Virus record (IMG/VR): IMGVR_UViG_3300032329_000658
Coordinates: 1-37,528 of that record
Direction: 5' to 3' (one strand)
Origin: a virus
Lineage: Duplodnaviria > Caudoviricetes
Length of the DNA stretch: 37,528 nucleotides
How positions within the stretch are numbered: the first letter of the stretch is position 1; every line of letters starts with the position of its first letter. The position numbers were made by a program, and so were the translations under genes. The notes under the pieces were generated by a model. It was not told the DNA's origin. It was given only the letters and a program-made list of their open reading frames with translations, and ran no database searches. Below are positions 7,678 to 16,242 of the stretch, in pieces.

Positions 7678-8551
7678 ACTTGACATAGGAAGCGATGCCT
7701 GGCATGAGTACCGAGATTGTAGAATTGGAGCTTCTGATAGTGCATGCATTCTTGGTATATCTCCTTGGAAGACTCTTAAACAGCTTTACGATGAAAAAGT
7801 AAATAAGATAAAACAGAAATCTAATTTTGCTATGCAGCGTGGATTAGATAGAGAAGAGGAAGCTAGAGAATGGTTTAAGTATCACACAGGAATTACTGTT
7901 GAGCCTGCGATAGTACAACATCCAGTAATACATTGGAAATTCGCTACCTTAGATGGGATTAGTAAAGATGGAAATACAATCGTAGAGATCAAATGGGCGA
8001 ATTTAAAGGTTCATGAGCTTGCAAAACAAGGACAAGTGATAGATTACTACTATTCTCAAGTTCAGTCTCAAATTGAATGTGCCCACGTTGAATTTGGATA
8101 TTTTCTTAGCTGTCATGAAAAAGATGGATCTGTTGATTTTGTTTTAGTAAAAGTCATGAGAGATGTTCCGTATATCATTGATTTGACAGAGAAAGAAAGG
8201 GATTTCTATAACGATCATTTATCTAAAAAAATCCCACCAGAACCCACAGAAAAAGATCTGTCCTCTCATGTACCCCCAATTCCTGATGACAAGAAAATAT
8301 CCTTCGACCTCATGTGTGAAGAATATCTTAGGATCAATGAGCAGATTAAGAATCTTACCGAGATTAAGGAAGACATCATGAATCATTTGAAATCAGAGAC
8401 AGGATCAGGTTGCTCGATGAGTTACAGTTTGAAAAGAAGTATGGTTAAAGGTCAATTTGACTATAAAAATTATTTTGATTTACATAAAGATTTGCTGCAA
8501 TTTGTAGAAAAAAAGCCTGACACAGAGTCATGGAGAATAACTAAAATCTAG
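7664..8551 (+). CDS. YqaJ / lambda-exonuclease family nuclease
   Basis: WHEYR..RIGASD, GISPWKT, RG...E, ATLDG, IVEIK, YYSQVQSQ motifs. Confidence 0.92.
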   Translation: MKVIELDIGSDAWHEYRDCRIGASDSACILGISPWKTLKQLYDEKVNKIKQKSNFAMQRGLDREEEAREWFKYHTGITVEPAIVQHPVIHWKFATLDGISKDGNTIVEIKWANLKVHELAKQGQVIDYYYSQVQSQIECAHVEFGYFLSCHEKDGSVDFVLVKVMRDVPYIIDLTEKERDFYNDHLSKKIPPEPTEKDLSSHVPPIPDDKKISFDLMCEEYLRINEQIKNLTEIKEDIMNHLKSETGSGCSMSYSLKRSMVKGQFDYKNYFDLHKDLLQFVEKKPDTESWRITKI

Positions 8552-8617
8552 GAAATAATCCTTACTTTCTGTAGACTATCGAACGAATATATGATCCATA
8601 TTCGGTCCTTTTAGGTT

Positions 8618-8644
8618 AGAGCTGCCGTCAAGCAGCTCTTTTTT
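8618..8644 (+). terminator. Rho-independent terminator
   Basis: AGAGCTGC-CGTCAA-GCAGCTCT-TTTTT between convergent operons. Confidence 0.85.
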
Positions 8645-8815
8645 CTATTTATATAGTATAATAATTTTCATGTTATTGAATTGATTAACGACAGTATTCA
8701 TGGAAACGATCTTGCAATCACCACATTCTTCTAAGAATAAATTAACTGCATCTTCTAATTGCTGCGTTGACACATACTCCGATTCTATAAATATTACACA
8801 TTTAATTTGTTCCAT
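8645..8815 (-). CDS. Hypothetical small protein
   Basis: MEQIKCVIF...LEDAVNLFL...IIILYK; TAATG coupling. Confidence 0.6.
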   Translation of the reverse strand: MEQIKCVIFIESEYVSTQQLEDAVNLFLEECGDCKIVSMNTVVNQFNNMKIIILYK

Positions 8816-9138
8816 TAGAAAGGGCAATCTCCAAATTCTTCGTGAATACTAGCCACATGCTTAATCTCTGGCTTATGAGATGATTCATGGATGCCCTGTT
8901 TGATTATCGTCATGATCTGTTCGTGTAGCATACGAGAGTCAATCACGAATGCCGGCAAATACGAATCTACGCCACCTTCCGTGATCCTATACGATGCTGG
9001 TGATGGAAACATACCCTTGCCGTCCTTGCCTTCGGAAATTCGGTATCTTAAGAAGATTTTGTTATCAAAGAGAATTGTAACGATGCCTAGATGTTTTTCG
9101 CCTGGTGTGAGCTTATATTCAATAAATTTAATGTCCAT
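8815..9138 (-). CDS. SpoVG-like nucleic-acid-binding protein with SSB-like C-terminal tail
   Basis: LGIVTILFD...RISEGKDGKGMFPSPAS resembles the SpoVG pattern; ends EEFGDCPF. Confidence 0.6.
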   Translation of the reverse strand: MDIKFIEYKLTPGEKHLGIVTILFDNKIFLRYRISEGKDGKGMFPSPASYRITEGGVDSYLPAFVIDSRMLHEQIMTIIKQGIHESSHKPEIKHVASIHEEFGDCPF

Positions 9139-9166
9139 AATTTTTCCTATAATTTGGCCTAATTGC

Positions 9167-9361
9167 CTAATCTATATTAACATTATCATGGATATAATAC
9201 AACTTTACTTTTTTATTTTTAACAGGATAATATAACTCACAATCTTCTCCACGCTTTTCAGGATCAACCCATGCCTGTCCATACGAAGAACACTTACTTG
9301 TGAATCTCAAACATTCCTCTCTTGTTTTGCAGTCGTGACCGTTACATTTAGCTATATCCAT
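9167..9361 (-). CDS. Small Cys-rich phage protein
   Basis: MDIAKCNGHDCKTREECLRF pattern common in phages. Confidence 0.7.
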   Translation of the reverse strand: MDIAKCNGHDCKTREECLRFTSKCSSYGQAWVDPEKRGEDCELYYPVKNKKVKLYYIHDNVNID

Positions 9362-9553
9362 TTACATCCCGCTATACCAAACTCTCTGCTGTTTCTTCTG
9401 AATAGGATAACCACGCTTCTTAATCCTCTGATCTCTTTGACACAGCTTACAGAACTTGTAATTCCTGGCAAAGTAAAGCATTTGGTTCTTAGTTTCACCG
9501 CAAATGCTGCATTTTTTTACTCTATTGCACGGATATTCAATAGCTTCCATCAA
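9362..9553 (-). CDS. Small zinc-ribbon protein
   Basis: CSIC...CKLC; ATGA coupling. Confidence 0.6.
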   Translation of the reverse strand: MMEAIEYPCNRVKKCSICGETKNQMLYFARNYKFCKLCQRDQRIKKRGYPIQKKQQRVWYSGM

Positions 9554-9747
9554 TCCTCAAAAGCATATTTAATTAATTGCAACGTATCCCTCTGCTCATT
9601 CACAAGCTCCATGAGAATCTCTATCTGCCTATCCTGAGCTCTTATGTGCTCTGCAAGAACTAGTAATGATTTTGGCATGCTTAAAGAACCAAATCCTACT
9701 CTTCTTAGCATTTCTAGTTTTTTAATTAATTCATCTAAATCACCCAT
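9550..9747 (-). CDS. Hypothetical coiled-coil protein
   Basis: GGAG SD; 65 aa. Confidence 0.65.
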   Translation of the reverse strand: MGDLDELIKKLEMLRRVGFGSLSMPKSLLVLAEHIRAQDRQIEILMELVNEQRDTLQLIKYAFED

Positions 9748-9846
9748 ATTTCTCCAAAAAGTAATACGTTGTAAATCCTACAAAACAGCACCAAATCTTC
9801 CCTTTTACTCTAGGAGGTACAAATGTTCCTAAGAATATAAGATCAC

Positions 9847-10467
9847 TCATGGTTTTCCTTTTGTTTCCACTTTAGGTAAATAAGAATTTCCTGTTCTTCT
9901 ACTAGGCAAATCATGAAATTGAAATATTAAATTGTCTTTATGAAAAAGTCTGTCATAAGTTCTCTGCCCATATTTATCAAAAATCTGTTGAGACGTTAAA
10001 TTGCTTGTTATCACCGTAGGATAATTTAAATCAGAACGATAATTTATGATATGGAAAATAATTTCATTACTCCATTCCGATGATGAGGCACTTCCTAAAT
10101 CATCATACATAATGAAAAAATCATCTAGCATATTTTCAGCGTGCTGAGAAGAATCCCATCCTTCTGACATTCCTTTCTTAAGTTTTCCAAAAAACTCCGA
10201 TTCGCAATAGTATCTCCAAGAAAACTTTCCCTCAATCAGTTCATAAAAAGAAGCACACAATTGAGTTTTCCCTATTCCTGGAGACCCTAAGAAAACGAAC
10301 ATTCCTTTTCTTTTTTCAAGCCAATCCAATATTTTCTTATCCGTACCTATGGGGAATTCATCGCACAAGAATTTTCCAAGGCTCGCTCCCTCATACAATC
10401 TGCCAAAGATCTGCCCTTGTTTACTGAGACCACTTCTTCCTTGACTACTATTTGAATATCCTGACAT
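9847..10467 (-). CDS. DnaC/IstB-like ATPase (helicase loader)
   Basis: Walker A GSPGIGKT, Walker B FIMYDDLG, TVITSN and DRL motifs; follows the initiator. Confidence 0.9.
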   Translation of the reverse strand: MSGYSNSSQGRSGLSKQGQIFGRLYEGASLGKFLCDEFPIGTDKKILDWLEKRKGMFVFLGSPGIGKTQLCASFYELIEGKFSWRYYCESEFFGKLKKGMSEGWDSSQHAENMLDDFFIMYDDLGSASSSEWSNEIIFHIINYRSDLNYPTVITSNLTSQQIFDKYGQRTYDRLFHKDNLIFQFHDLPSRRTGNSYLPKVETKGKP

Positions 10468-11177
10468 TTTTTTTCCTTTTTTCGGTTAAATTTTGCTATT
10501 CCTTCAATTCTATTTTGTTTGATAGTTCCTGCGATAAATTCTATGTATTTAGAAATGGCACCAGTATACTCGATCAAAACACTCCAAGCCTCATTTATTT
10601 CGCTAGTCTTCCAATCTTTTCTCTGTTGAATGGCAAATCGGAATATTTCATCAAGTGAGCATGAAACTTCTTCACCTCTCATGTTATATTTTATTATTTT
10701 AGAGGGAATATTTTCCTTTGCGTCGATCCCGACAGGGGAGTCGACTACAGGACAGTTAGTTTCTGGTATAGTATCTGGTATAGTATCTGTATTATAACAT
10801 TTCCCGAATTCGGGAATTTCATTTCCCGATTCAGGGATTTCCATTTCCCGAATTCGGGAAATGCTAAACTTTATTTCATCTTCAAAACAGTACCATGAAG
10901 TTCTATTATATGGATTTTTATTGAAATTGCCTTTTCTGATGATTTTCAACTCTTCCATTTTATCCAGTAATCTCTCTACTTGCTTAACAGATAAATATGG
11001 AAAGTTAGCGGCTATTTCATTTACCGTTTGATAAGTCCAGGTTCTTTCTTCTATTAAATTTCTTTTTAGTGCTTTATTTTTCAAAATCCAATATTGGAAA
11101 TGAGCTATGAGTACAGCAATTCCCATTGATTGATATTCTTCTGCAAATAATATATTGAAACTGTGATTGATTGTCAT
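10347..11177 (-). CDS. Phage replication initiator (winged-helix, lambda O-like organisation)
   Basis: HSFN..FAEEY, YWI.KN, RTWTYQT...FPYLS...GNFNKNPYNRTSWY N-terminal pattern; internal iterons; upstream of the DnaC-like gene. Confidence 0.85.
   Translation of the reverse strand: MTINHSFNILFAEEYQSMGIAVLIAHFQYWILKNKALKRNLIEERTWTYQTVNEIAANFPYLSVKQVERLLDKMEELKIIRKGNFNKNPYNRTSWYCFEDEIKFSISRIREMEIPESGNEIPEFGKCYNTDTIPDTIPETNCPVVDSPVGIDAKENIPSKIIKYNMRGEEVSCSLDEIFRFAIQQRKDWKTSEINEAWSVLIEYTGAISKYIEFIAGTIKQNRIEGIAKFNRKKEKKCQDIQIVVKEEVVSVNKGRSLADCMRERALENSCAMNSP
10762..10863. repeat. Putative replication origin: three 22-bp palindromic iterons plus a 12-bp tandem repeat
   Basis: CATTTCCCGAATTCGGGAAATG-like units start at 10798, 10820 and 10842; TCTGGTATAGTA x2 at 10762-10785. 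Confidence 0.8.
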
Positions 11178-11184
11178 TTTGAAC

Positions 11185-11327
11185 TCATCAATTAAATATT
11201 TATATTGATGATTGCCTCTAGATAAAATAATACTTAAGAGTTGATTTAAATTATCAATCTGCCGTACTATCTTTTTATCTTTCCTTTTTCAGGGTGAAAT
11301 GATAAAGTGTTTCTAGAGGCAATCATC
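11185..11327 (-). promoter_or_regulatory. Structured rep leader with alternative pairings
   Basis: 16-bp perfect IR 11207-11222/11312-11327 competes with 8-bp IR 11185-11192/11204-11211, which overlaps the SD. Confidence 0.7.
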
Positions 11328-11374
11328 TTACGTCCTGCCGGCTTTACGGGCCATATGGCAGGACATTTCTTTTT
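11241..11374 (+). ncRNA. Putative antisense (counter-transcribed) RNA of about 95-100 nt with promoter and terminator
   Basis: TTGATT-N18-TACTAT (11241-11270), internal hairpin about 11274-11306, terminator GTCCTGCC...GGCAGGAC-ATTTCTTTTT (11332-11374). Confidence 0.6.
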
Positions 11375-11411
11375 GTAAACATGCTCCTATACATCTTTGA
11401 AAGCAAGCACT

Positions 11412-11999
11412 TTAAGTAATAATCATATTTTCGTCAAAACTCATTTGAAGGGGTCTTCCGTCGCGTCCAATAGGTTCAGAGTGTGATTCTGCCTTTTTCA
11501 TGTTTAAGTCCTTTTTTAATGCGTTTCTGCGAATCCCGCGGGCATCCTTGACCCATTTGCAGTTCTCTTTGTTGAATTGTTCAGCTCCATTGTCTAAAAG
11601 CATGCTTTTGTATCCGCTAGGCATTGGCCCCATGTCTTTCATAAAGTTCAAAAACTCATCCCATTCCTTGCAGATTGTCACTCCGATTTTTCCGTAACTT
11701 TTATACTGACAAAAGTTTTCATTGTAGCATGATCTTCTCATCCTGGACCATATTTGGTTTTCTCTTGTATGTGACATAGAATGCTTGCATTTTTGCTTCC
11801 CAACTTTAACGCCCACTTTGCGACCTCTTTCTCTTGTGCTAGGTGAAACTTCACCTTTTGTCATTTGAATGATTTTTGCCGCCATAAATTCTGTTATACA
11901 CTTATTATTGCATGCTTTTGATATGACCACGTGACAGCATCCTATGATTTTCGCAAAACCCTTTATTGTTAACTTATTTTTTTTTAGCCAATTTTTCAA
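11412..11999 (-). CDS. Cro-like HTH fused to a degenerate HNH-endonuclease domain
   Basis: N-term WLKKNKLTIKGFAKIIG...IIQMTKGEV; C-term HSMS..RENQIWSRMRRSC..YGKIGVTICKEW..F..DMG..ENCKW lacking SIDRIDN. Confidence 0.7.
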   Translation of the reverse strand: MKNWLKKNKLTIKGFAKIIGCCHVVISKACNNKCITEFMAAKIIQMTKGEVSPSTRERGRKVGVKVGKQKCKHSMSHTRENQIWSRMRRSCYNENFCQYKSYGKIGVTICKEWDEFLNFMKDMGPMPSGYKSMLLDNGAEQFNKENCKWVKDARGIRRNALKKDLNMKKAESHSEPIGRDGRPLQMSFDENMIIT

Positions 12000-12023
12000 T
12001 TTTTTCCTCTATTAAAGAAAATA

Positions 12024-12052
12024 ATTCTACCTATAAAATGGTATTTATGCAA
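12024..12052 (-). promoter_or_regulatory. Promoter of the replication operon
   Basis: TTGCAT-N17-TAGAAT on the minus strand. Confidence 0.7.
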
Positions 12053-12085
12053 TAATTAAGAAAACAATATAACCCCAGGAGTACT

Positions 12086-12325
12086 ATGTCAGTCCCACAA
12101 GCGCAATTTATTTTAGTTGTTAACCAAGATCAAGTTGAAAATATTCAGAAGGCTCTACCAGGGATTGTTTTGGCTCAGGTATTTGGTCACGAGATTGGAC
12201 TAGAGAAGGCGTTACTTTTAGCAACTCCGAAACCTGTTCCTGCTCCTGTTGAAGTGCCAGAACTACCAGTGGAAGATGTTGTTGCAGAATCCGTCATTGT
12301 TCCAGAAGAAAAATCTAACGAATAA
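12086..12325 (+). CDS. Hypothetical protein with Pro/Glu-rich tail
   Basis: AGGAG SD; divergent from the replication operon. Confidence 0.75.
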   Translation: MSVPQAQFILVVNQDQVENIQKALPGIVLAQVFGHEIGLEKALLLATPKPVPAPVEVPELPVEDVVAESVIVPEEKSNE

Positions 12326-12357
12326 GAAAAACCCCGCAGCTTTTTAAGGTTGCGGGG
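12326..12357 (-). terminator. Rho-independent terminator ending the late/tail transcript
   Basis: Minus strand CCCCGCAACC-TTAAAA-AGCTGCGGGG-TTTTT. Confidence 0.75.
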
Positions 12358-12379
12358 CAAATCCCTAGGAAGAATTTAG

Positions 12380-12889
12380 TTAACTTTTAGGTTTAAGATC
12401 ACCCCTATGATGTCTTCTATGACAGTTACAGCATACAACTTTTATATTAGATAAATCATTATTGTCTCGATCTTCATCTATATGATGAATTTCTATACAG
12501 CATATATGCTCTTTAAATCCGCACACTTCACAAATCGGAAGCTTAATAGAAAGAACATATTTTTTTAATGTGACAGAAGAAGTTCTCCAGTTTCCATTTA
12601 ATTTTCTATTTGCATTGTATTCTAATCTTTGTTGCTCCCTATCTTTTGTGCACACATCCCTACAATCTCTAGAGCAATACTTTTTCCTTGTATTTCTTCG
12701 AGAAGGAGGAGATTCGCATTCTTTTCCACATGTAACACAATTATATAAATGTCTTAGTCCTTCGAACTTTTTGTGCTTACTACACTCATAAGAACAATAT
12801 TTTGCATTATGAAATCTGCACTGAGGAATATAAAATTCCTTTTTACATATCTCGCAATTAATGTTTTTTCCCGTTCTCGGTTTGGTCAT
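12380..12889 (-). CDS. HNH endonuclease with N-terminal CxxC...YCS zinc fingers
   Basis: CEIC...KYCSYEC, CVTC...KYCSRDC, CEVCG...IEIHHIDEDRDNNDLSNIKVVCCNCH. Confidence 0.88.
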   Translation of the reverse strand: MTKPRTGKNINCEICKKEFYIPQCRFHNAKYCSYECSKHKKFEGLRHLYNCVTCGKECESPPSRRNTRKKYCSRDCRDVCTKDREQQRLEYNANRKLNGNWRTSSVTLKKYVLSIKLPICEVCGFKEHICCIEIHHIDEDRDNNDLSNIKVVCCNCHRRHHRGDLKPKS

Positions 12890-13100
12890 TTACTTCCTCA
12901 TCTAGCGCTTGTTTTGACATAGGATGAGGAATAAATTCTATCCTAATCGCTTTATTAGACTTAAAACATTCCAAAGCCATTTCGCTTATTTCGTTACTTG
13001 ACCTTTGTGAACATCCAGCTAATACCAGAATTCCCGCAACCACACTAGACCCTATCAATATAATCCCTACTCTTGCCTTAAACTCTTCTCTTTTTGACAT
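12858..13100 (-). CDS. Putative lipoprotein
   Basis: Basic N-terminus, hydrophobic stretch and lipobox LAGC. Confidence 0.7.
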   Translation of the reverse strand: MSKREEFKARVGIILIGSSVVAGILVLAGCSQRSSNEISEMALECFKSNKAIRIEFIPHPMSKQALDEEVNDQTENGKKH

Positions 13101-13318
13101 AGCTCTTTGTCCTCAAGCAACATTTCATGGAACAGCGAAAAGAACTCACCAACCACGTCATCCGATTCTGATTTCATCATAATATCATATCGGTTTTTCC
13201 AGGTTTCTTTAATGACTTGCGTTCTCTCGCATTCTGTCATTTTAGTAAATTCTTTTTTTGTAGGCAATGTAAAGCTACACAAAAAACATATTGTTAGAAT
13301 AAACGAAATTATCTTCAT
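13067..13318 (-). CDS. Small exported or membrane-anchored protein
   Basis: MKIISFILTICFLCS signal-like N-terminus; GAGGGG SD. Confidence 0.7.
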   Translation of the reverse strand: MKIISFILTICFLCSFTLPTKKEFTKMTECERTQVIKETWKNRYDIMMKSESDDVVGEFFSLFHEMLLEDKELCQKEKSLRQE

Positions 13319-13498
13319 CTACCCCTCGCTAAGATCTATGTTTCCGTCTTTGTCTCTCCATAAAAATGGGCCTACTGGTCCTTTGTCGTCCGATGGAATT
13401 TCACTAAACATAGCATCTTCACGATCAATGTTGTCTGCATAAGACACTACGGATGTACATAAAATAAATATAAATAATACTTTTTTTTTGATTCGCAT
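13319..13498 (-). CDS. Small secreted protein
   Basis: AAGGAG SD; MRIKKKVLFIFILCTSVVSYA signal peptide; promoter TTGCAA-N18-TACAAT upstream. Confidence 0.7.
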   Translation of the reverse strand: MRIKKKVLFIFILCTSVVSYADNIDREDAMFSEIPSDDKGPVGPFLWRDKDGNIDLSEG

Positions 13499-13561
13499 AT
13501 GCACTCCTTTTTTGGCATGCACATATTGTAAACATTTAACATAAAATATTGCAACACCTTT

Positions 13562-15685
13562 CTATGGTATAGTCATAGTTTGCTGAGAACTCAAGCAACT
13601 AATCTCATATGTTATTCTAAAGAAAGTAGCAGTTAGTGATGTTGTTGCCGTCACTTGAACTAATCCACCACTAGTAACTGCCCATGTATCTACCAATGTA
13701 CTTGCGCCAGTTGCATTTAAAGCCTCCACTCCTAATACACTAGTAGTTCCTGCTTTTGTGGTTGCTTTGTTTGTTGCAGCGAATGAAACAACACCTGACA
13801 ACGCTTGGTAATCGGTTCCGTCTGTACATTCAATATTGTACATAATGGTTCCTCCAGAAGAACTTCCGGTAGCTAATGTAAGTGTTGCCACTGTTGCAGC
13901 TGCTCCAGATGTAAGAGCTACGCTTCCGTTAAATATTTTACGATTAACAGATGTATGGACTGTGGTTCCTGTTCCAGTTCCTGATGCATCAGCAAGTAAG
14001 AAAATCTTACCAACCGCTCCCGTTCCTGTTCCTTTAGGATTAGTTATGGTTATATTTGTAGCTGCTATATTGGTGTCAGATCCGCTTCCTCCTGTTATAT
14101 TTATAGCTCCAGCCGTTCCTACGGTCGCTCCTCCTGAAGTTATATTTATAGCTCCTCCGCTACCTGATGTTGCTCCGCCAGGTCCAGAAAATAAATTCAC
14201 AGCTCCTCCGTTACCTGTTTGAGATGGAGTGCCACCTTGACAAACAACTGCTCCGCCGTTTTTAGCCGTGGTTCCTTGTCCATTCCCTCCAGTAAGATTT
14301 ATAGCTCCGCCTTGACCTCCAGTTCCTGAAGACAAACCGCCGCCGTAACCTCCCTGAAGATTTATAGCTCCTCCAGATCCTGTATTGTCACTAGCTCCAT
14401 TTCCTCCCTGCATATTAATAGCAGCGCCAGCTGTTGTTCCTGTAGTAGTATTCCCACCATTTATATTAATTACACCACCGCCACCAGAACTAGAACCACC
14501 AGCACCACCAGTTATAGTGACTCCACCACCAGTTCCACTAGTTCCGGGAGCTCCTCCTTGAACAGTTGCTAATCCACCATTACCAGAAGTATTTCCAGCT
14601 CCTCCAATTAAAGTAGCAGCGCCTCCGTTAGATGTGGCATGAGTAGTAGCTCCTCCTGTTAAAGATACAGCTCCTCCAACTCCTCCTGAGTTATTAGCAG
14701 CTAATAATGAAAATCCTGCTGTTGTAGAAGTCAGCGTTGTTCCTATTGTTCCATCAAATGCAACAGTTCCTGTTGTAACATCTCCAACTGTGGTTATGCC
14801 ACCACCAGCTGCTGCTTGCCAGCTTGGGGGAGCTCCACTGTTTGCTGTTAGAACATATCCAGCCGTTCCGTTTGCTAAAAGACTTGGGATTCCTGTATGA
14901 GAAGAAATCAGAACTCCATCAATTACAGAGGCTATTACACCAAGCTGATCAGTGCTTGAGTTTATGGTTGTTAGGAGAGCATTGGATGAAGTTACGCCGT
15001 TTATACCTGAGATGAAGGCTTTGTTTTGTTGTCCTGCGCTTGATCCAGTTCCCGCTCCAATATGAAGAGCATTAGATTCACCGAGAGTTCCAGCACTATT
15101 TAATAATATATTTGACGATTCCGCTCCAGTATAATTGACTCCTGCTTGCTGACCTAATGCTAGATTATTAGATCCTGATACAAGAGCAGGTAAAGAGTTT
15201 CCTCCTAGTGCTGTATTTGAACTTCCGCTTGTAGCCACTGCAAGAGCCAACGTTCCTATACCGGTATTGTATGTCCCTGCATTTCCAACAGTCCCTGCAG
15301 ATATTCCTATAAAAGTATTAGCATTTGGATCACTTGTTTTTAATAAGACAGTAGATCCTGAAGCTGAAAAATCAACTGTCGATCCCGCATTAGCCCTTGC
15401 TCCATTAAAAGTGATCGTTGATCCTGTTGCAGTCCCTGTATCTCCGGCTATAGTGGTAACAATACCTCCAGATCCAGTAGCAGAAATAGATATTGTTCCA
15501 TTACCATTAGTTACCGTAACTCCTGAGCCAGCAGTAATAGATCCTAGTCTTACATGGGGTGATGATGATGATCCAATCCATATCTGACCGTCAGTGGTCA
15601 TTGCTCCGCCACGAGGAGTTCCATCAAAACTCATGTTATCGAAAAAACCTATAGTCTGTAATCCTGTTACCGAGCTTGATCCCAT
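13562..15685 (-). CDS. Tail fibre / receptor-binding protein, glycine-rich
   Basis: GQIWIGS...AGSGVTVTNG tail motif, NTxxG repeats and about 13 GGA(I/V)NxxGG repeats. Confidence 0.8.
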   Translation of the reverse strand: MGSSSVTGLQTIGFFDNMSFDGTPRGGAMTTDGQIWIGSSSSPHVRLGSITAGSGVTVTNGNGTISISATGSGGIVTTIAGDTGTATGSTITFNGARANAGSTVDFSASGSTVLLKTSDPNANTFIGISAGTVGNAGTYNTGIGTLALAVATSGSSNTALGGNSLPALVSGSNNLALGQQAGVNYTGAESSNILLNSAGTLGESNALHIGAGTGSSAGQQNKAFISGINGVTSSNALLTTINSSTDQLGVIASVIDGVLISSHTGIPSLLANGTAGYVLTANSGAPPSWQAAAGGGITTVGDVTTGTVAFDGTIGTTLTSTTAGFSLLAANNSGGVGGAVSLTGGATTHATSNGGAATLIGGAGNTSGNGGLATVQGGAPGTSGTGGGVTITGGAGGSSSGGGGVININGGNTTTGTTAGAAINMQGGNGASDNTGSGGAINLQGGYGGGLSSGTGGQGGAINLTGGNGQGTTAKNGGAVVCQGGTPSQTGNGGAVNLFSGPGGATSGSGGAINITSGGATVGTAGAINITGGSGSDTNIAATNITITNPKGTGTGAVGKIFLLADASGTGTGTTVHTSVNRKIFNGSVALTSGAAATVATLTLATGSSSGGTIMYNIECTDGTDYQALSGVVSFAATNKATTKAGTTSVLGVEALNATGASTLVDTWAVTSGGLVQVTATTSLTATFFRITYEISCLSSQQTMTIP

Positions 15686-16230
15686 TATAGCACCCTTCTA
15701 AAAGTTATTATTCCGTCCCAATGTATACTTGTACCCGCTACACCAACAACATTAATTATCACGTTGCCACCGCTTGCTGATACAGTTGTGTTACCTGTTG
15801 CAATAAATGACGCATCTTCAAAATATGTTGGAGATTCCGTCCCTACTTCAGTTGCTGTTACTCCGTCAGTTTTAAAGCAACTATAAAAGAAATAAGACGC
15901 TCCATCACCACTTACTACTGCTTTTGCTGTAGTGAAACCTTCAAATGCATACACAGCGGCCACTGCGCCCAATGGAAATGTGATTATAGTTGTTGGCGTT
16001 GCGTTTGTAGTGGTGACTTGCCCCGACACTCTATTCGTGACTTCTATTGTAAGAGTATTGAGTCCACCATCAGTTCTTATCCCACTTTCCGAGAAAGACG
16101 AAGAAGATCCACCAATGATCGTAACATTTCCCGCAGCTGTAGGCACAACAGGGTTAGTCCCTGTATCAGGAGTGATAGAAACTATATCAGTGAGACCTGA
16201 GGCATTTGTGTCGATAAAAAACTGTGACAT
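15685..16230 (-). CDS. Tail-associated structural protein
   Basis: Thr/Gly/Val-rich beta protein; TxxxDTG motif shared with the adjacent fibre; TAATG coupling. Confidence 0.75.
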   Translation of the reverse strand: MSQFFIDTNASGLTDIVSITPDTGTNPVVPTAAGNVTIIGGSSSSFSESGIRTDGGLNTLTIEVTNRVSGQVTTTNATPTTIITFPLGAVAAVYAFEGFTTAKAVVSGDGASYFFYSCFKTDGVTATEVGTESPTYFEDASFIATGNTTVSASGGNVIINVVGVAGTSIHWDGIITFRRVL

Positions 16231-16242
16231 GATATTCCTTGG

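Noticed and set aside
10347-10467. 121-nt overlap of the initiator and DnaC-like genes as a frameshift signal
   Set aside because: Such overlaps are common in phage replication modules, and the downstream gene has its own ATG with an AAGGA SD.
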